From Blepharisma stoltei ATCC 30299 (lineage: Eukaryota; Protista; Ciliophora): a DNA stretch of 64,000 nucleotides. The DNA lies in assembly GCA_965603825.1 (NCBI GenBank), contig CBFDEM010000012.1:434001-498000 (forward strand), read 5' to 3'. The position numbers were made by a program, and so were the translations under genes. This document shows, one piece after another, positions 12,362 through 24,378 of this stretch; positions within the stretch are counted from its first letter, which is position 1, and the number at the start of each line of letters is the position of its first letter. The notes below the pieces were generated by a model. That model was not told where the DNA came from and did not search any database. It saw nothing but the letters and a program-made list of their open reading frames with translations.

Positions 12362-12742
12362 TTATTTAATGCTTGTTAAGCAAGGGATCACTTCAATGTC
12401 CTTCTCTTTGCACAAATTAAAAAAGTCCACTCCTTCTCCATACTGGGTTGCTATTTCTTGAGTGATTTTCTTTCGAGCTTCACTGCTGCAACTTCCCTTC
12501 TTTTTCTTCGCTTTTGCTTCACTTATGAAGTATTTCTGAGCATGGCTCCTCACCTGAGCTGGAGTTCTCGTTGAAACATACTGGGAGATCCTTCTAGAAT
12601 CATTGCCAAATAGTTTTATGGCTTCTACAAAGGCTTCTTTTTCGCGCGGAGTCCACTGACCAGTGTTCCCTTCTCCTTCTTGACAAACTTGTATCTTCCT
12701 CTTCACCATTATTAAAAGTATCCTAACGAGGATACTTGACAT
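12362..12742 (-). CDS. single-repeat Myb-like transcription factor, SHAQKYF class
   Basis: GQWTPREKEAFVEAIKLFG..ISQYVSTRTPAQVRSHAQKYF; true start could be ATG 12709. Confidence 0.9.
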   Translation of the reverse strand: MSSILVRILLIMVKRKIQVCQEGEGNTGQWTPREKEAFVEAIKLFGNDSRRISQYVSTRTPAQVRSHAQKYFISEAKAKKKKGSCSSEARKKITQEIATQYGEGVDFFNLCKEKDIEVIPCLTSIK

Positions 12743-12929
12743 ATTCCTTATTCTATAGGTATTTATAGTGGTTTTTAATGATTTTAGTGCTTTTGATGTA
12801 AAATGGCTTGCTGGAGTATTTATGAAAGGTTATTAAGCAATAAGTATTATTCCTGCAAAGAGATTGGCTAATTTCTTTATTTTTTTTTAATTAATTTACT
12901 ATTAAAAGTATCATCTAGATTATACGAAT

Positions 12930-13484
12930 TTATTGATTATTCGTCAGATTAGGCATTTCCTTGAAATATAAAAAACTTGCTATTTCTGGTTTTGATATAA
13001 AACTATATGGCCATTCTTTTAACTCATATAAAACTGAACCTATAATTCTCAATTTACCAGCATTCATTAATGCTACAAATCTGGGCGTTAATAATTCAAC
13101 AGCTTTCGGCAATAAAAAAACATATATTAATGTAGCATCACTGAGATCAATCTCCAAAAAATTCCCGTGCTTTATTTCAATTTTATCTTCCAGTCCAGCT
13201 TCTCGAACTTTTTCTTTCCCTTTCTCTACAAGAGCTTCATCATATTCAATTCCAATGCATTTATTAGCGCCTTTTCTAACAGCCTCTATTAATATTCTAC
13301 CATCTCCACATCCTAGATCATACAAAACATCATCATTTCTTATGTCAAAACTATTAAGAAGTCCTTCACTCCTTGTGTCTGTTGAAGGCCAAAAAGGAGC
13401 TAAATAGTCTTGTTCACATCAGAGATCGTTACCAAAAATATCAATTTCATCTTGATTAAAAGGAGCTCATTCTTCGTCTGACAT
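12930..13484 (-). CDS. small class I SAM-dependent methyltransferase (FAM173/DOT1-like fold), 184 aa
   Basis: LAPFWPS, YDLGCGDGR, GIEYD, YVFLLP; frame extends across two TGA to ATG 13484. Confidence 0.85.
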
Positions 13485-13491
13485 ATTTTAT

Positions 13492-14631
13492 ATGAACAAA
13501 AGAGTTTTGCTTGCGTTTACAACTTTTAAAGATTCAATGAGTGCAGTGGAGGTATGCAACGTTGTAGAAGGAAAATTACTAGAAATAGATAGTAGCCTTA
13601 AAATTACGAAAATTCCTCTTAGTGATGGAGGTGAAGGGTTTTTACATACAGTTGAAAATGCATTTTGCGGGATAGAAGGGAGTCAATTTAGATATGGAAG
13701 ATTAGAAGCTATTGATCCATTAGGGAATATGCGGAATGCAGAATATGGAATTTTAGAGATGAATGGAGATAGTATTGGTGTGATTGAAATGGCTGCAATG
13801 TCAGGAATTGAATTTGTCCCGTTTGAGAATAGACATCCAAACTTTACTACAAGCCATGGAACTGGACAAGCGATTTTACATTTGTATAGCCACGAAAACA
13901 TAAGAAAAATTTTACTTGGGATTGGAGGTAGTGCGACAGTTGATGCAGGAATTTCTCTGCTTTATGCGTTAAACTGTCTAGAGTTTGAATTTGAAGGCGG
14001 AAATCCGGAATTTGTCACTGGAAAAGACTTAAGAAGATTAAAACAGATTTTGCTATCAGAAAATTCCGAAATTTTACAAGAGCTTGAAATTACGATTGCT
14101 TGCGATGTTAACAATCCTTTGCTAGGACCAAGAGGAGCTACTTATGTCTTTGGTCCTCAAAAAGGCTTAAAGCAAGATGAATTGGAATATTATGAAGAAA
14201 CAATTAAGATAATAAGTGAGAAATTGAAAGAAATTAAAAATAAAGATGACATTGATGTTTTTCCTGGGAGCGGAGCAGCTGGAGGAATCGCTGCAGGGCT
14301 TAAGTCATGCTTTAATAAGGTTAAAATCGAAAAAGGAATCGATATGATAGCTGAGACATTAAGACTTAATGAAATTATTCAAGACTTTGATTATGTTTTC
14401 ACAGGAGAAGGGAGATATGATCAGCAAACAGCAGGCGGAAAGCCAGTTAGTAAAATAAAAGAATTAGTAACAAATCCTATTATTATTTGCGGAATGAATA
14501 GCTCTGAAGAAACATTTCGAGTATATGACTTAGCAAGTAGATTCGGTAAAGAACATTCTATGAAAAACACAAAACAGTGCCTAGAATTGATAACTCAGGA
14601 AATTTATGAAAATGAAATAAGGCCATACTAA
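13492..14631 (+). CDS. glycerate kinase, GlxK/GarK (bacterial-type) family
   Basis: FKDSMSA, PLSDGGEG, TSHGTG, GIGGSATVDAG, CDVNNPLLGPRGA..FGPQKG, GSGAAGG, TGEGRYD.QT..GK. Confidence 0.92.
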   Translation: MNKRVLLAFTTFKDSMSAVEVCNVVEGKLLEIDSSLKITKIPLSDGGEGFLHTVENAFCGIEGSQFRYGRLEAIDPLGNMRNAEYGILEMNGDSIGVIEMAAMSGIEFVPFENRHPNFTTSHGTGQAILHLYSHENIRKILLGIGGSATVDAGISLLYALNCLEFEFEGGNPEFVTGKDLRRLKQILLSENSEILQELEITIACDVNNPLLGPRGATYVFGPQKGLKQDELEYYEETIKIISEKLKEIKNKDDIDVFPGSGAAGGIAAGLKSCFNKVKIEKGIDMIAETLRLNEIIQDFDYVFTGEGRYDQQTAGGKPVSKIKELVTNPIIICGMNSSEETFRVYDLASRFGKEHSMKNTKQCLELITQEIYENEIRPY

Positions 14632-14823
14632 TAATTTTATTAGAACTCCTTATAATTTAAACAAATTTGAAATTTTTGAAATTCTTTTTTATTATAAATA
14701 ATTTTAGCCTATTAATCATTTTTAGTAGCAAAATTTCTTACTTAAAAAAATAAATGATATATAGTAAAGAATGATAAAAATGATTTTTCTTAGAGAGAAA
14801 ATAAATTTAATAGAGAAGGCATA

Positions 14824-17800
14824 TTAAAGAACTTCAAGAACATTATTAATTGTTCCCTTTTCATCTTTGGCTGTTGGGTGATCATGCGAATGAACCCACA
14901 AATTTCCATCAACAACAAACTTATAGAAGAATTTCCCTTTTGGCAGCTGTAGCGTTATATGTCAATGATTCTTGCCATGATCATATACCAAAGGATGTCT
15001 AATTTGTCATTTGTCAAATGACCCTGAAAGTTGAACACTTTTAAGCTTATGTCCTGGTGCTTGATACCTGAAAAGTACATGCTTTTTAATCTCTTCTCCT
15101 GCCCTCGGTTTCTTCTTCATTGCAGCTTTTTCTAGCAAAATTCCTGAAGGCGACTTTTTAATTGATTTCTGCCTAACCTGATTTTGAGGCACAGAAATAT
15201 CAAAATCATCCTGAGTCCATGGCATTCCATCTAAATGCTCGTATATTGTTCTCCTAACAGTGCATTCATAATATATTTTTCCTTTAAGCCTATAAAATTC
15301 TCTGCACCAGTTTCTACTGACTTGTTCTCCATCAATAACAGCTTCTGCTGCTCTCATTCGTAAAATTGGATAATTTTGCTGCTGATGGAAGCAGGTGATC
15401 GCTCTGTGGATTGCAAATAAAAAGTCACCAAGATTGTAGGATTCAAATAAAAACCCAGAGCCACTTTGATTGTTTGGATTTCATTCAGAGATTGAGTCTC
15501 TTAACCCCCCAGTTTTAAAGGCAATGACTGGTGTTCCTGCAACGAAAAATTCATGCTGAACGATTCCTCCTGGCTCAAACATACTTGGCATTAGCCCAAA
15601 ATCTGAGCCTAAGTTCACAAATGGTCCATCGTAAAAAAAGTTATCTGGATCAGCGAAAAAGTTGTTGGGAAATCTATACTTGAGCTCTTTTAAGCGATTT
15701 GCGTTATGAGCTGAGTACTTTTCGGTGTAATTAGCTGGACCGCCTACTAAAAACTGAACTTTATAATTATATTGTGGAATTAATTGCTGAGCTGCATCAA
15801 TAATTAAGTGCACGCCTTTTTGCTCAGTAATTCTTCCTACAAACCCAAACAAGCATACGCTAGGGTCTATATCTTGAAACCCAAAATACTTTTTCTGCAG
15901 TTCTTTTTTTGCATCTAAATGTGTTCCTTTTCCTTCAAGTTTTTTCAGCCTTGGCTTAACAGGAATTCCATTTGGCGTAGCGAATGGCATATATTTTTGC
16001 TTTAATAATTCTTTTAATGGAGAATTTGCCAGCAATTCATTTCTATAAGACGGAGAAACAGTGGCCCATTGGTCAGACATCATTATAGCGCACCTCGAAG
16101 GGTTCACAACCTCTCTAGCTCAATACGGATCAACCAAAAAATGTTTAGGCAGCCCATGAATCGATATAAACGAATTCTCTTGGGCAGTTGGATACAGTCT
16201 TCCTTCATAGCTTGCGTCCAAGTTATGCACAACATGAACAAAAGTCGTCCCTTCGAACGTTCTTCCGAAAGCTCCAATTTTGGCATAAGCAGGAACAAGT
16301 CCAGTGAACCAATCATTTGTCACAAGAATAGCTGGGATCACTTTTAGCCAACAAAGTACTTCAAGAACTCCTTTGGCCCAGCCTACAATTTGCTTCATGA
16401 TCCAGCTATGCCTCCCATCAGAATAGATCGTTGGGAATAACGAAGGATTATGAATAAAAATCAAGTGGACCCCATTTTCGTGGCCCCTGTGAATTCCTAA
16501 TGTATATGTCTCTCCTCCAAAACTTACATCAATATTGGTTTGCCAATTAATATTTGCAGGATCACCTGTTAAATAGTTTGTGTGACCTTTTTTGTTTCGG
16601 TCATAATAAGGGCTTATAATTCAGACTTCTTGACCTATTTGTGAAAGTCCTTGGGATAGTTCATCAACCATAATTCCGAGACCACCAGATGTTGAAAATC
16701 TGCCGAGTTCGGGGCATGTAAAAACGATTGGGCCGATTTTGTTTTCATTAATTAAAATTTCAGCGAATTCTTTGGGTGGACATTGAGGGGCTTGAATACT
16801 ATTTAAAAAGTCGCAATATCCTAGTATTTTTCCAGATTTATATTCATCAAGAACTGAAATTCTTTTTGCAAATGATAAAGGGGAAACATTATGGACCTTC
16901 AAAAAATTCTTATAAATATTCCCTATAGTGTTTGCAAATTCTTTGTAAGCGTGCTGAGGGTCGCCATCATCTAAAAGCTTTATAAGATTAATAACAGAAA
17001 AATTCCCGTCAATTGGCTGGCCTGATGATAGCTTTTCTTTGAGTCTTTCTATTGATCTTTCTAGGGCAATATCAGATGGCACCTCGCTTTGATAAATTCC
17101 TTTTATAACTGATCTATATGGAAGTATCGAAACATAATGCTGATCCATAAGAAGCTCTTCTTTAAAATAAAAATCGCCAGTTTCTGGATTATCCCAATCC
17201 CCAATGCTATAGACAACCCCTCCATCTTTTTCTAAATAAGATGTTAAGCTTTTCAAATCCAGCCAGCCTTTGACGGGATGCTCGTTTAAATTGATTGCAA
17301 TAATAGCGATTTCTTCAGGCAGGCATCTTGCAAACGCCAAAACTTGTTTATGCCAGCCATGCTCATGTCTCATTACAACTGGTATTAATTCTCCATACTT
17401 TAATACATCTTTTTCATGCCTCAGTCCTCTTCTATGAATATAGTGAAGCTTTATTTTTTTCAAGTCAAACCCGAACTCAGGTCCTAGTTCTTTTTGGTAT
17501 TTTTCTTCTTTTCGTTTCAGCTCATTTATGTCTGGGATTACAGATAAAGATGCAGCGGATTCAATTCTTGGAATTCCTGAAGGCCTCATGCTTGGAATAT
17601 CTAGTTCAGTTAAATCAGACCCCGAAAGCCGACTGGCAATGTTAATAGGTGCGCTTTCTTCAAAGTCATAAAGACTACCAATTTTCGATCTATATGCATG
17701 GCCATCTTGCTCGCCTATAAAACTCATAGGAACGTAGTTCATAAAAAATAGGACATCCACTGCTGCTCATGCACCTCGGCCATAAAGCAAAGCTGGATAC

Positions 17801-20025
17801 GGTAATGAGTGGCCTGTGGAGCTTTGGACAACAATTGCACCTTCAGGCATTTTTCGAAGCATGTCTTCATGTCAAGTCCTCATAATGCTGACGTCTTTTT
17901 TTTCGGTTTCTTCAAAAGAGCCATTCTTGTGGAGTTTTTTGCCAAAAAGAGCAGCAAGCTTGACAGGAAGATCATAAAGTCTAGGAATTGGTCCTGAAGA
18001 AATGATGCACTTATCTCTTTCTTCCATTCCGTCGCCTTTCCAGCAGTCTGCAATTATATAAAACTCTGGGAATTCCCTCCATAACTCTTTACAAATTTTT
18101 ACAAAAATAGGATTTGGGTATTTATCTCTTAATAAGCTGGCCCAATATGCATAGTTTTCATTACGCTTTACTACGAGGCCATCAAAAATTTCTTGAGTCG
18201 TATAGTGAGGCTGGCCATCTGTATCTTTTCTATACATTTCGCCAGCATCGAGCTCCATAATTTGCGGCCAGGCTTGAGCATTATCCATATGAATTCCATC
18301 AATTTTATAATTTTTAGCAAAGGTGAGAATATCACTTATTAATAAATTTCACACCTCAGATTTTCGATAATTCAGCATCATTGAGTCCTCGAACTTTAAA
18401 GCTCTGCCCTCAGATCCATGACAGACAACAGGTAGCCCTTCTGAATTTCTGGTGTAAAGCGACTTATTTTTGTACCTCCTATGGTAATTTTTTGAACTTA
18501 TCCTAGCTACACAATCAACAAGGATCCTCATTCCGACGTCTTTTGCCTCAGACATTAAATTTTTAAACTCTGGTGCGCCACCCAATAAGCTGCAAGCTGT
18601 AGCCCTGCATGTCAGCGCTAATGGAGATGCATTGGGATTCTGCAGATCTGTGCCTGTATCTCTTTCTAATGCTCCCATCAAATAGCAGCAATTAATTCCA
18701 TTGGAATATCTTTCTCTTAGACTATTCGTAACTGACTCAAAGGTACCTCTTTCTATGATCTTCCCAGTATTTGTGTCAAACTGAGCATCCTGAAAATCAA
18801 TAAAAATCTCATGGATCTGCAAATCTTTTACATCCCCTGGATGCACAATAAACCTTCCTTGTATAGGATTAAGGTTCACATCACTGTTCATTTTATCAAA
18901 ACTGGACATAATTGGCTGCAAAGTCCCATCTTTAACTTGGCTGAATCTTCAGTCATAAAATCCGCATCTCGTAAAGGTGCCTAAATCGACTTTCAAAAAC
19001 ACCCCTGAGCTGGTTTCTCTAATTTCAGGGACATGATAAGAAAGAACGTAATTCTTAGAATCATTATGAAACCCAGGAGCATGGAGCTCCATAAAAATAT
19101 TTTTTAGGTCAACATCTTCTAACTCTGCCATTTCTCTTATAACGAATTCCTTACCAATTGTTCTTATTTTTACGTTAAAAGGCTGAAGCAACTGCCAGTC
19201 AGTGTCATCGTAAAAGGCGTTTAAATGCATTACTGCTAGATCTCGAGATCTAGAATCAGCGTGGCCCAAGAGGCCGACCAGAAGCTGTTCAATATATGAT
19301 AAACTTTCTTTATTGTTTTTTAAGACAGAAAACCATAAATCTGTAGTTAATTCGTTGAGAGCGTCTGCAATTTTGCCAGGTTTCCCCCAAACGAAAATAT
19401 CTAAATATTTTTCATATTTTTGTTTATCAAGAAAGTGGGTTCCAGAGTCTTCAAATAATCTAAATGCAGTGTGGCATAACTCGTCCAAGCTTTGCATCGG
19501 CCTTATAGGAAATCCTACATCTTCTAAGAGTTTAGCTGCAATTGCATTTATATAGGGATTAAACGAGCCTCTGGCTGACACTGCCAAAAGCATCAGCTCT
19601 TTGTTGATAAAAATTTCTGTTCCCATTACTGACGTAACTCCATCTGTGACGTGAACTCTAAAGCTGCTTTCTGTCTTTACTAAAGATCCAGCATTAATTC
19701 CTTCTAAAATTTTATACAATGCATGGGCTTCATATGAATTATTTGATACAAGAAGGTGGAATTCTGAAGATACCTCCATTAGGATTTGATGCAATTTCAG
19801 AATAATTTTAGCTATTTGTGTGGAATCTAGTCCTAAGATTTTTGAATTCTGAATAAAAAATACAGTAATCGAAGAATAGCTTAAGACATGAGCTTTTATA
19901 GACTCAAGAGTGGATTTTATCACTTCTTTCGCGTTTGCGGGCTACATTTATTTTACAGTGGACGCTAGTTCACATAGCAAATGCAAAAGCTGGCTTCTTA
20001 TTTCGATTACTAATGTGTCCGACAT
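14824..20025 (-). CDS. GH13 alpha-amylase-like + GT5 glycogen/starch synthase + C-terminal CBM48 fusion, about 1728 aa; intron 19942-19956
   Basis: Seven track ORFs share one frame and each ends in TGA. GT5 motifs STSGGLG, TNDW, HNL, FVGRITEQKG, PSMFEPGG, KTGGL; CBM48 GSFDKW..YKFVVDG; stop TAA 14824-14826. Confidence 0.88.
19942..19956 (-). other. 15-nt spliceosomal intron
   Basis: GTAAAATAAATGTAG, contains in-frame TAA; removal links ATG 20025 to the long frame. Confidence 0.8.
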
Positions 20026-20109
20026 TTTAATGTAAATTGTGGGCTATCTTTGTCAGAATTATTATTCATTTAATAAATCATTATTTTTGCCACTGGATTA
20101 ATTTTTTAA

Positions 20110-20919
20110 TTATGACACAATTGGATGGTCTTCATTTTCATTGGTTAAGGAGTCTTCAATAAGCATGAGTTCGTTCCCCTCAAGCTTCACCATTTCCACT
20201 AATTTTTCATAATTCCCAGCATCGCCAATAAGCTTTTTGGCATCTTTAAGAGAAATTTCCAACCCAAACTTCTCAGGGTCTTCTAGGTTGTAAATCATAA
20301 TCTTCAGCACTTTATGATCTTTACTGACTTCTACTATGAAATATTTATCTTGGATGATTTTGCCTGTTTTATACACTTTTACGAAGTGATGATCTGGAAA
20401 AAGCGGCTCTAATCGTCGTGGAGCTTTGGAATAGCCCGAACTGTATTTATCATGGACATTACGAAATGGGCTTCCACCTACACCAAGCATATAAGGAAAA
20501 TTGTCAGCTTTCTCAGGATTTCTTTCATTTTTCATCCTAATAGATTCAGGATAAAGATTTCCATTTTCGGCGTCCTTCAAGAGATCATTCTTTTTTCTAC
20601 CAAGCTGCTCTAGGTGCATTTTTCGATAGTCATTATTTAGGTTTCTTTGAGTAGATAGTGATCTGATAGGGCTTTTATCGGGCTGAGAAGCAAAAAGTCT
20701 TTCGTTTGGGCTTCTCCTTTGACGGTCTGTGATACTTTCTTTTTGAAAATTATCATCATGAAATCCGTTTTCATTGAAAATCGATTTAAACTGTGAAAAT
20801 GATGGGAGAGGGTCACTTTTCTCTGAGATTTTTTTATTCTTGATGTCATTAAGTGCTTGTTTTAATATCTCTACCCTCCTGCTATCAGTTTTATTTCTTA
20901 TTTTGATTCCTTTCTCCAT
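20110..20919 (-). CDS. hypothetical protein, 269 aa
   Basis: Uninterrupted ORF with TAA stop; no recognised family. Confidence 0.7.
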   Translation of the reverse strand: MEKGIKIRNKTDSRRVEILKQALNDIKNKKISEKSDPLPSFSQFKSIFNENGFHDDNFQKESITDRQRRSPNERLFASQPDKSPIRSLSTQRNLNNDYRKMHLEQLGRKKNDLLKDAENGNLYPESIRMKNERNPEKADNFPYMLGVGGSPFRNVHDKYSSGYSKAPRRLEPLFPDHHFVKVYKTGKIIQDKYFIVEVSKDHKVLKIMIYNLEDPEKFGLEISLKDAKKLIGDAGNYEKLVEMVKLEGNELMLIEDSLTNENEDHPIVS

Positions 20920-21100
20920 AATAATCTTTCATAAGCATCACAAAATTTGATATAACTCGCTCAAATGTGCTATAAATTTGCATTAAAAATATTTCCTTTG
21001 ATCTTATAAATAATTGCAATTCAGCCTTACATTTTACCAATAAAGTCTTTAATTTCCATTTCATTCAGCATATCTACTTAAACAGCATTTTTCCTTATAA

Positions 21101-23311
21101 ATGTTAAGTAGAAGAGTATGGAGACTTTTAGCATCAGGGCATCGACCCCCATTTAGGGCATTTGCTGATGATAAGCCACCTAAAGGGTTCGAAAAATTTT
21201 ACAAGAAGAAAAAAGACCCCGAATCCGATGAAAAACAAGAAACACAAGAAAAGCCAAAAGAAGAGCCTAAAGAAGAGTCAAAGAAAGAAGAAAAAGCTGA
21301 CAAAGAAGAAAAAAATACCTATAAGTCTTCATCGGAAAAGCTTAAATGGTCATTCGAAGATATGAAATCCGGTTTTAACAAGAATCCAAACAACTGGAGA
21401 AACCTTGGCATTTTAGCAGCAGCCAGTTTAGGATATGCACTGCTTCAATACCATCCAGATGATGGCGTTCCTTTAATCACTTTTCAAGAACTAATCCAAA
21501 AATACATAGAGACAAATGCATTAAAAAAGATCAAAATAGAAATTTCGAAATCTAAAGACTTAAGTGTCCTCCACGACGTTTACCTTATAAATCATTATGA
21601 AGATAAAGTCGGCAAGCTTAGAATTCCTGATATAAATTCCTTTTTAGCTTCCCTTCATGCTGAGCAAATTGCATTGGGGAGGGATAAAAAAGACTTAATT
21701 CCTGTTGAATATGAAGAAAAAGGCCAGCCTATGGCGGAATCAGTAACTTCGATCGTTTCTCCTTCTACTATTTTCACACTGGCAGCATTATTGTTACTTT
21801 ATAATGTTGTTAAAAAATCAAAGGGAGGCAATTCAGGCAGTAACGGAGGCTGGGGTGATATTTTTGGCATGACAAAAGCTTCGTTTAAAGTCTATGGAAT
21901 TGATAAAAAAATCGACGTGAAATTTAAAGATGTGGCTGGGCTGCAAGAAGCTAAAAAAGAAATCATGGAATTTGTGGAATTTTTGAAAAATCCGAAGAAA
22001 TTTAAAAAGTTAGGAGCGAGGATACCAAGAGGCGCTTTATTAGTCGGCCCGCCTGGGACTGGAAAAACTCTTCTAGCAAAAGCAGCAGCAGGAGAAGCGG
22101 GAGTCCCATTTTTTTCGATTTCTGGGTCCGATTTCGTAGAAATGTTTGTTGGAGTTGGAGCAAGCAGGGTTAGGCAGCTTTTCAAACAAGCTAGGGAAAG
22201 AGCGCCTTCTATTATTTTTATTGACGAAATTGATGCAGTTGGCAAAAAAAGACATGGAAAAATGGGCGGAAACGACGAAAGAGACAATACCCTAAATCAG
22301 CTTCTAGTAGAAATGGATGGGTTTTCTACTGATTCTCATGTAGTTGTCATGGCTGGTACTAACAGAAAAGATATCCTTGATAGCGCACTACTAAGACCTG
22401 GAAGGTTTGATAGGACTATTGAACTAACGCTACCTGATATAGAAGGAAGAGAAGACATTTTAAAGGTTCATTTGCAGCCTTTAAAACTCAACCCTGAGCT
22501 AAAAACTGAAGATTATGCTAGAAGAATTGCTGCGTTAACACCTGGATTCAGCGGTGCTGACTTAGCTAACTTATGTAATGAAGCTGCCATCGTAGCAGCC
22601 CGAGCAAATAAGGAATCTGTTGATAAAGCAGATTTTGAGACAGCTTCAGAAAGAGTTATAGGAGGTCTCGAAAAAACTAAAAAATTGTCTGGCCGAGAAA
22701 AGTCAATTGTGGCTCATCATGAATCTGGGCATGCAGTTGCAGGATGGTTTTTGGAGGGCGCTGACCCTGTATTAAAAGTTAGTATTTTACCTAGATCTAA
22801 AGGTGCTCTTGGCTTTGCTCAATTTTTACCAAATGAAACTATGCTTTACTCTAAAGAAGAATTAATTGATAAAATTTGTGCAACATTAGGTGGTAGAGTT
22901 GCTGAAGAAATTTTCTTTGGAAAAGTCACAACTGGAGCCCAGGACGACTTGTCAAAAGCAACTCAAATTGCTCAGGCAATTGTTTCAAGTTTTGGGATGA
23001 CTGAAAAGCTTGGAGTTGTTGGGTATAATTATGAGCAGGAGTCGTTCAGCAAGCCATTCAGTGAGGATACTAATCGAATCATTGATGAAGAAGTCAGGAC
23101 TGTTATAGACCACTGCTTACAAAAGACAAGAGATTTACTATTAAGCAAAAAAGATCTGATTGGGAAATTAGCTGGAGCTTTAATGGATAAAGAAAGAGTT
23201 ACCCATTCAGATTTGGTAGAAGTCTTAGGAGAAAGACCATTTGAAACTAAAGGCGAATATAAAAGATTTATTGAAGAAGGCAAAAAAATTGAATCAGAAA
23301 ACCAGCACTAG
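21101..23311 (+). CDS. AFG3: mitochondrial m-AAA protease (AFG3L2/paraplegin, FtsH family)
   Basis: Presequence-like start, two TMs, [28 protein letters not shown] zinc motif. Confidence 0.93.
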   Translation: MLSRRVWRLLASGHRPPFRAFADDKPPKGFEKFYKKKKDPESDEKQETQEKPKEEPKEESKKEEKADKEEKNTYKSSSEKLKWSFEDMKSGFNKNPNNWRNLGILAAASLGYALLQYHPDDGVPLITFQELIQKYIETNALKKIKIEISKSKDLSVLHDVYLINHYEDKVGKLRIPDINSFLASLHAEQIALGRDKKDLIPVEYEEKGQPMAESVTSIVSPSTIFTLAALLLLYNVVKKSKGGNSGSNGGWGDIFGMTKASFKVYGIDKKIDVKFKDVAGLQEAKKEIMEFVEFLKNPKKFKKLGARIPRGALLVGPPGTGKTLLAKAAAGEAGVPFFSISGSDFVEMFVGVGASRVRQLFKQARERAPSIIFIDEIDAVGKKRHGKMGGNDERDNTLNQLLVEMDGFSTDSHVVVMAGTNRKDILDSALLRPGRFDRTIELTLPDIEGREDILKVHLQPLKLNPELKTEDYARRIAALTPGFSGADLANLCNEAAIVAARANKESVDKADFETASERVIGGLEKTKKLSGREKSIVAHHESGHAVAGWFLEGADPVLKVSILPRSKGALGFAQFLPNETMLYSKEELIDKICATLGGRVAEEIFFGKVTTGAQDDLSKATQIAQAIVSSFGMTEKLGVVGYNYEQESFSKPFSEDTNRIIDEEVRTVIDHCLQKTRDLLLSKKDLIGKLAGALMDKERVTHSDLVEVLGERPFETKGEYKRFIEEGKKIESENQH

Positions 23312-23371
23312 TTTTGCATACTTAATATTTATTTATGGCTAGTTTTCTTATAATATTTTAGTTATCATGCT

Positions 23372-24187
23372 TTATTGTTCTCCTGTTTCTTCTATTTCAT
23401 GCATTGCTGGAGATAAAGGATTTTTAAGCTCTTGATATACATTCATCGACTTATTTTCTTCAAACCTCTTCGCAGTTGCAGGTTTATCAGAGTCTTCTAG
23501 TTCTGCCATTTCTTGAAAAGCTCTTGAGGTTTGAGATCGTTTCTTTTCTCCCATTCCAACTTTAACTAGATGCTTAGAGGATTTGGAAGATTTTGAAGAC
23601 TTTGAAGAAACTGAAGATTTCATAGAGTTGGCAGTTCCAGGCTTCGATGGTTCATTTTGGCTCTCATAGTTAACCATACTTTCTCCGTGCACAACTTCAT
23701 TATATTCTTCTCCACCAACTTCATAATTTTCTTTGGAAATCGTTATCTCGACAGCTGGCTGTGGCTGCAAAGGATCTATTACAATTCTTTTTCCTTCAAA
23801 AACATCAATATAAGAGTAATCAATTTCTTGTTTCTTGTAAGCTGAAATTAATAGTCTTTTCCTTTCTTTCGTTTCAAAAACGGAAGGCGTGATATTTTGG
23901 CTGCTAGGATGAACCCTTGGCTTGGTTTTTAAAATAATTTTTTTCCTTTCTTTTTTGGATTCAGCTGGTTCTTCGTTTTCATTGTTGTCGATTTTTTCAT
24001 CGGTTTCACTTGAAAGTTTTGATTTTTGTGATCTTATAGTAGATTCATAATTTAATATGAATTTTGAAGCTTGTTCAAGAGGATCTCCTTCAGGAGGTCC
24101 ATTTTCCATTAGACTAGCAATAAATGCTTGATAAGCTTGTAGAATCCCCGTGTCTTTTAAATATTTAGCTCCAAATGGAAGTGACAT
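23372..24187 (-). CDS. hypothetical protein with Dpy-30/RIIa-like N-terminal motif
   Basis: YLKDTGILQAYQAFIASLMENGP..DPLEQASKFI followed by a low-complexity tail. Confidence 0.6.
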   Translation of the reverse strand: MSLPFGAKYLKDTGILQAYQAFIASLMENGPPEGDPLEQASKFILNYESTIRSQKSKLSSETDEKIDNNENEEPAESKKERKKIILKTKPRVHPSSQNITPSVFETKERKRLLISAYKKQEIDYSYIDVFEGKRIVIDPLQPQPAVEITISKENYEVGGEEYNEVVHGESMVNYESQNEPSKPGTANSMKSSVSSKSSKSSKSSKHLVKVGMGEKKRSQTSRAFQEMAELEDSDKPATAKRFEENKSMNVYQELKNPLSPAMHEIEETGEQ

Positions 24188-24378
24188 TATAATTTAAATA
24201 ACATTGCGATAGCTATAATTTGCTTTAAGGTTTTATAATTAAATAAATGAAACATTATACAGATAGTAATTTTTCTATCTCTCTAGGCTATTTAGGATAC
24301 TTTTTACAAGCGTATTTATTCTAAATGAGAATAAATTAACTATGAAAATGTTAATCAGTGTTTTTATTATTTAGAACA

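Noticed and set aside
12961-13407. Antisense or overlapping track ORFs (also 21892, 34403, 45627, 48402)
   Set aside because: Shadows of well-supported genes on the opposite strand.
14824-20025. Runs of short same-strand ORFs read as operons, pseudogenes or selenoproteins
   Set aside because: They share one frame and break at TGA, often at conserved Trp positions; they are single genes.
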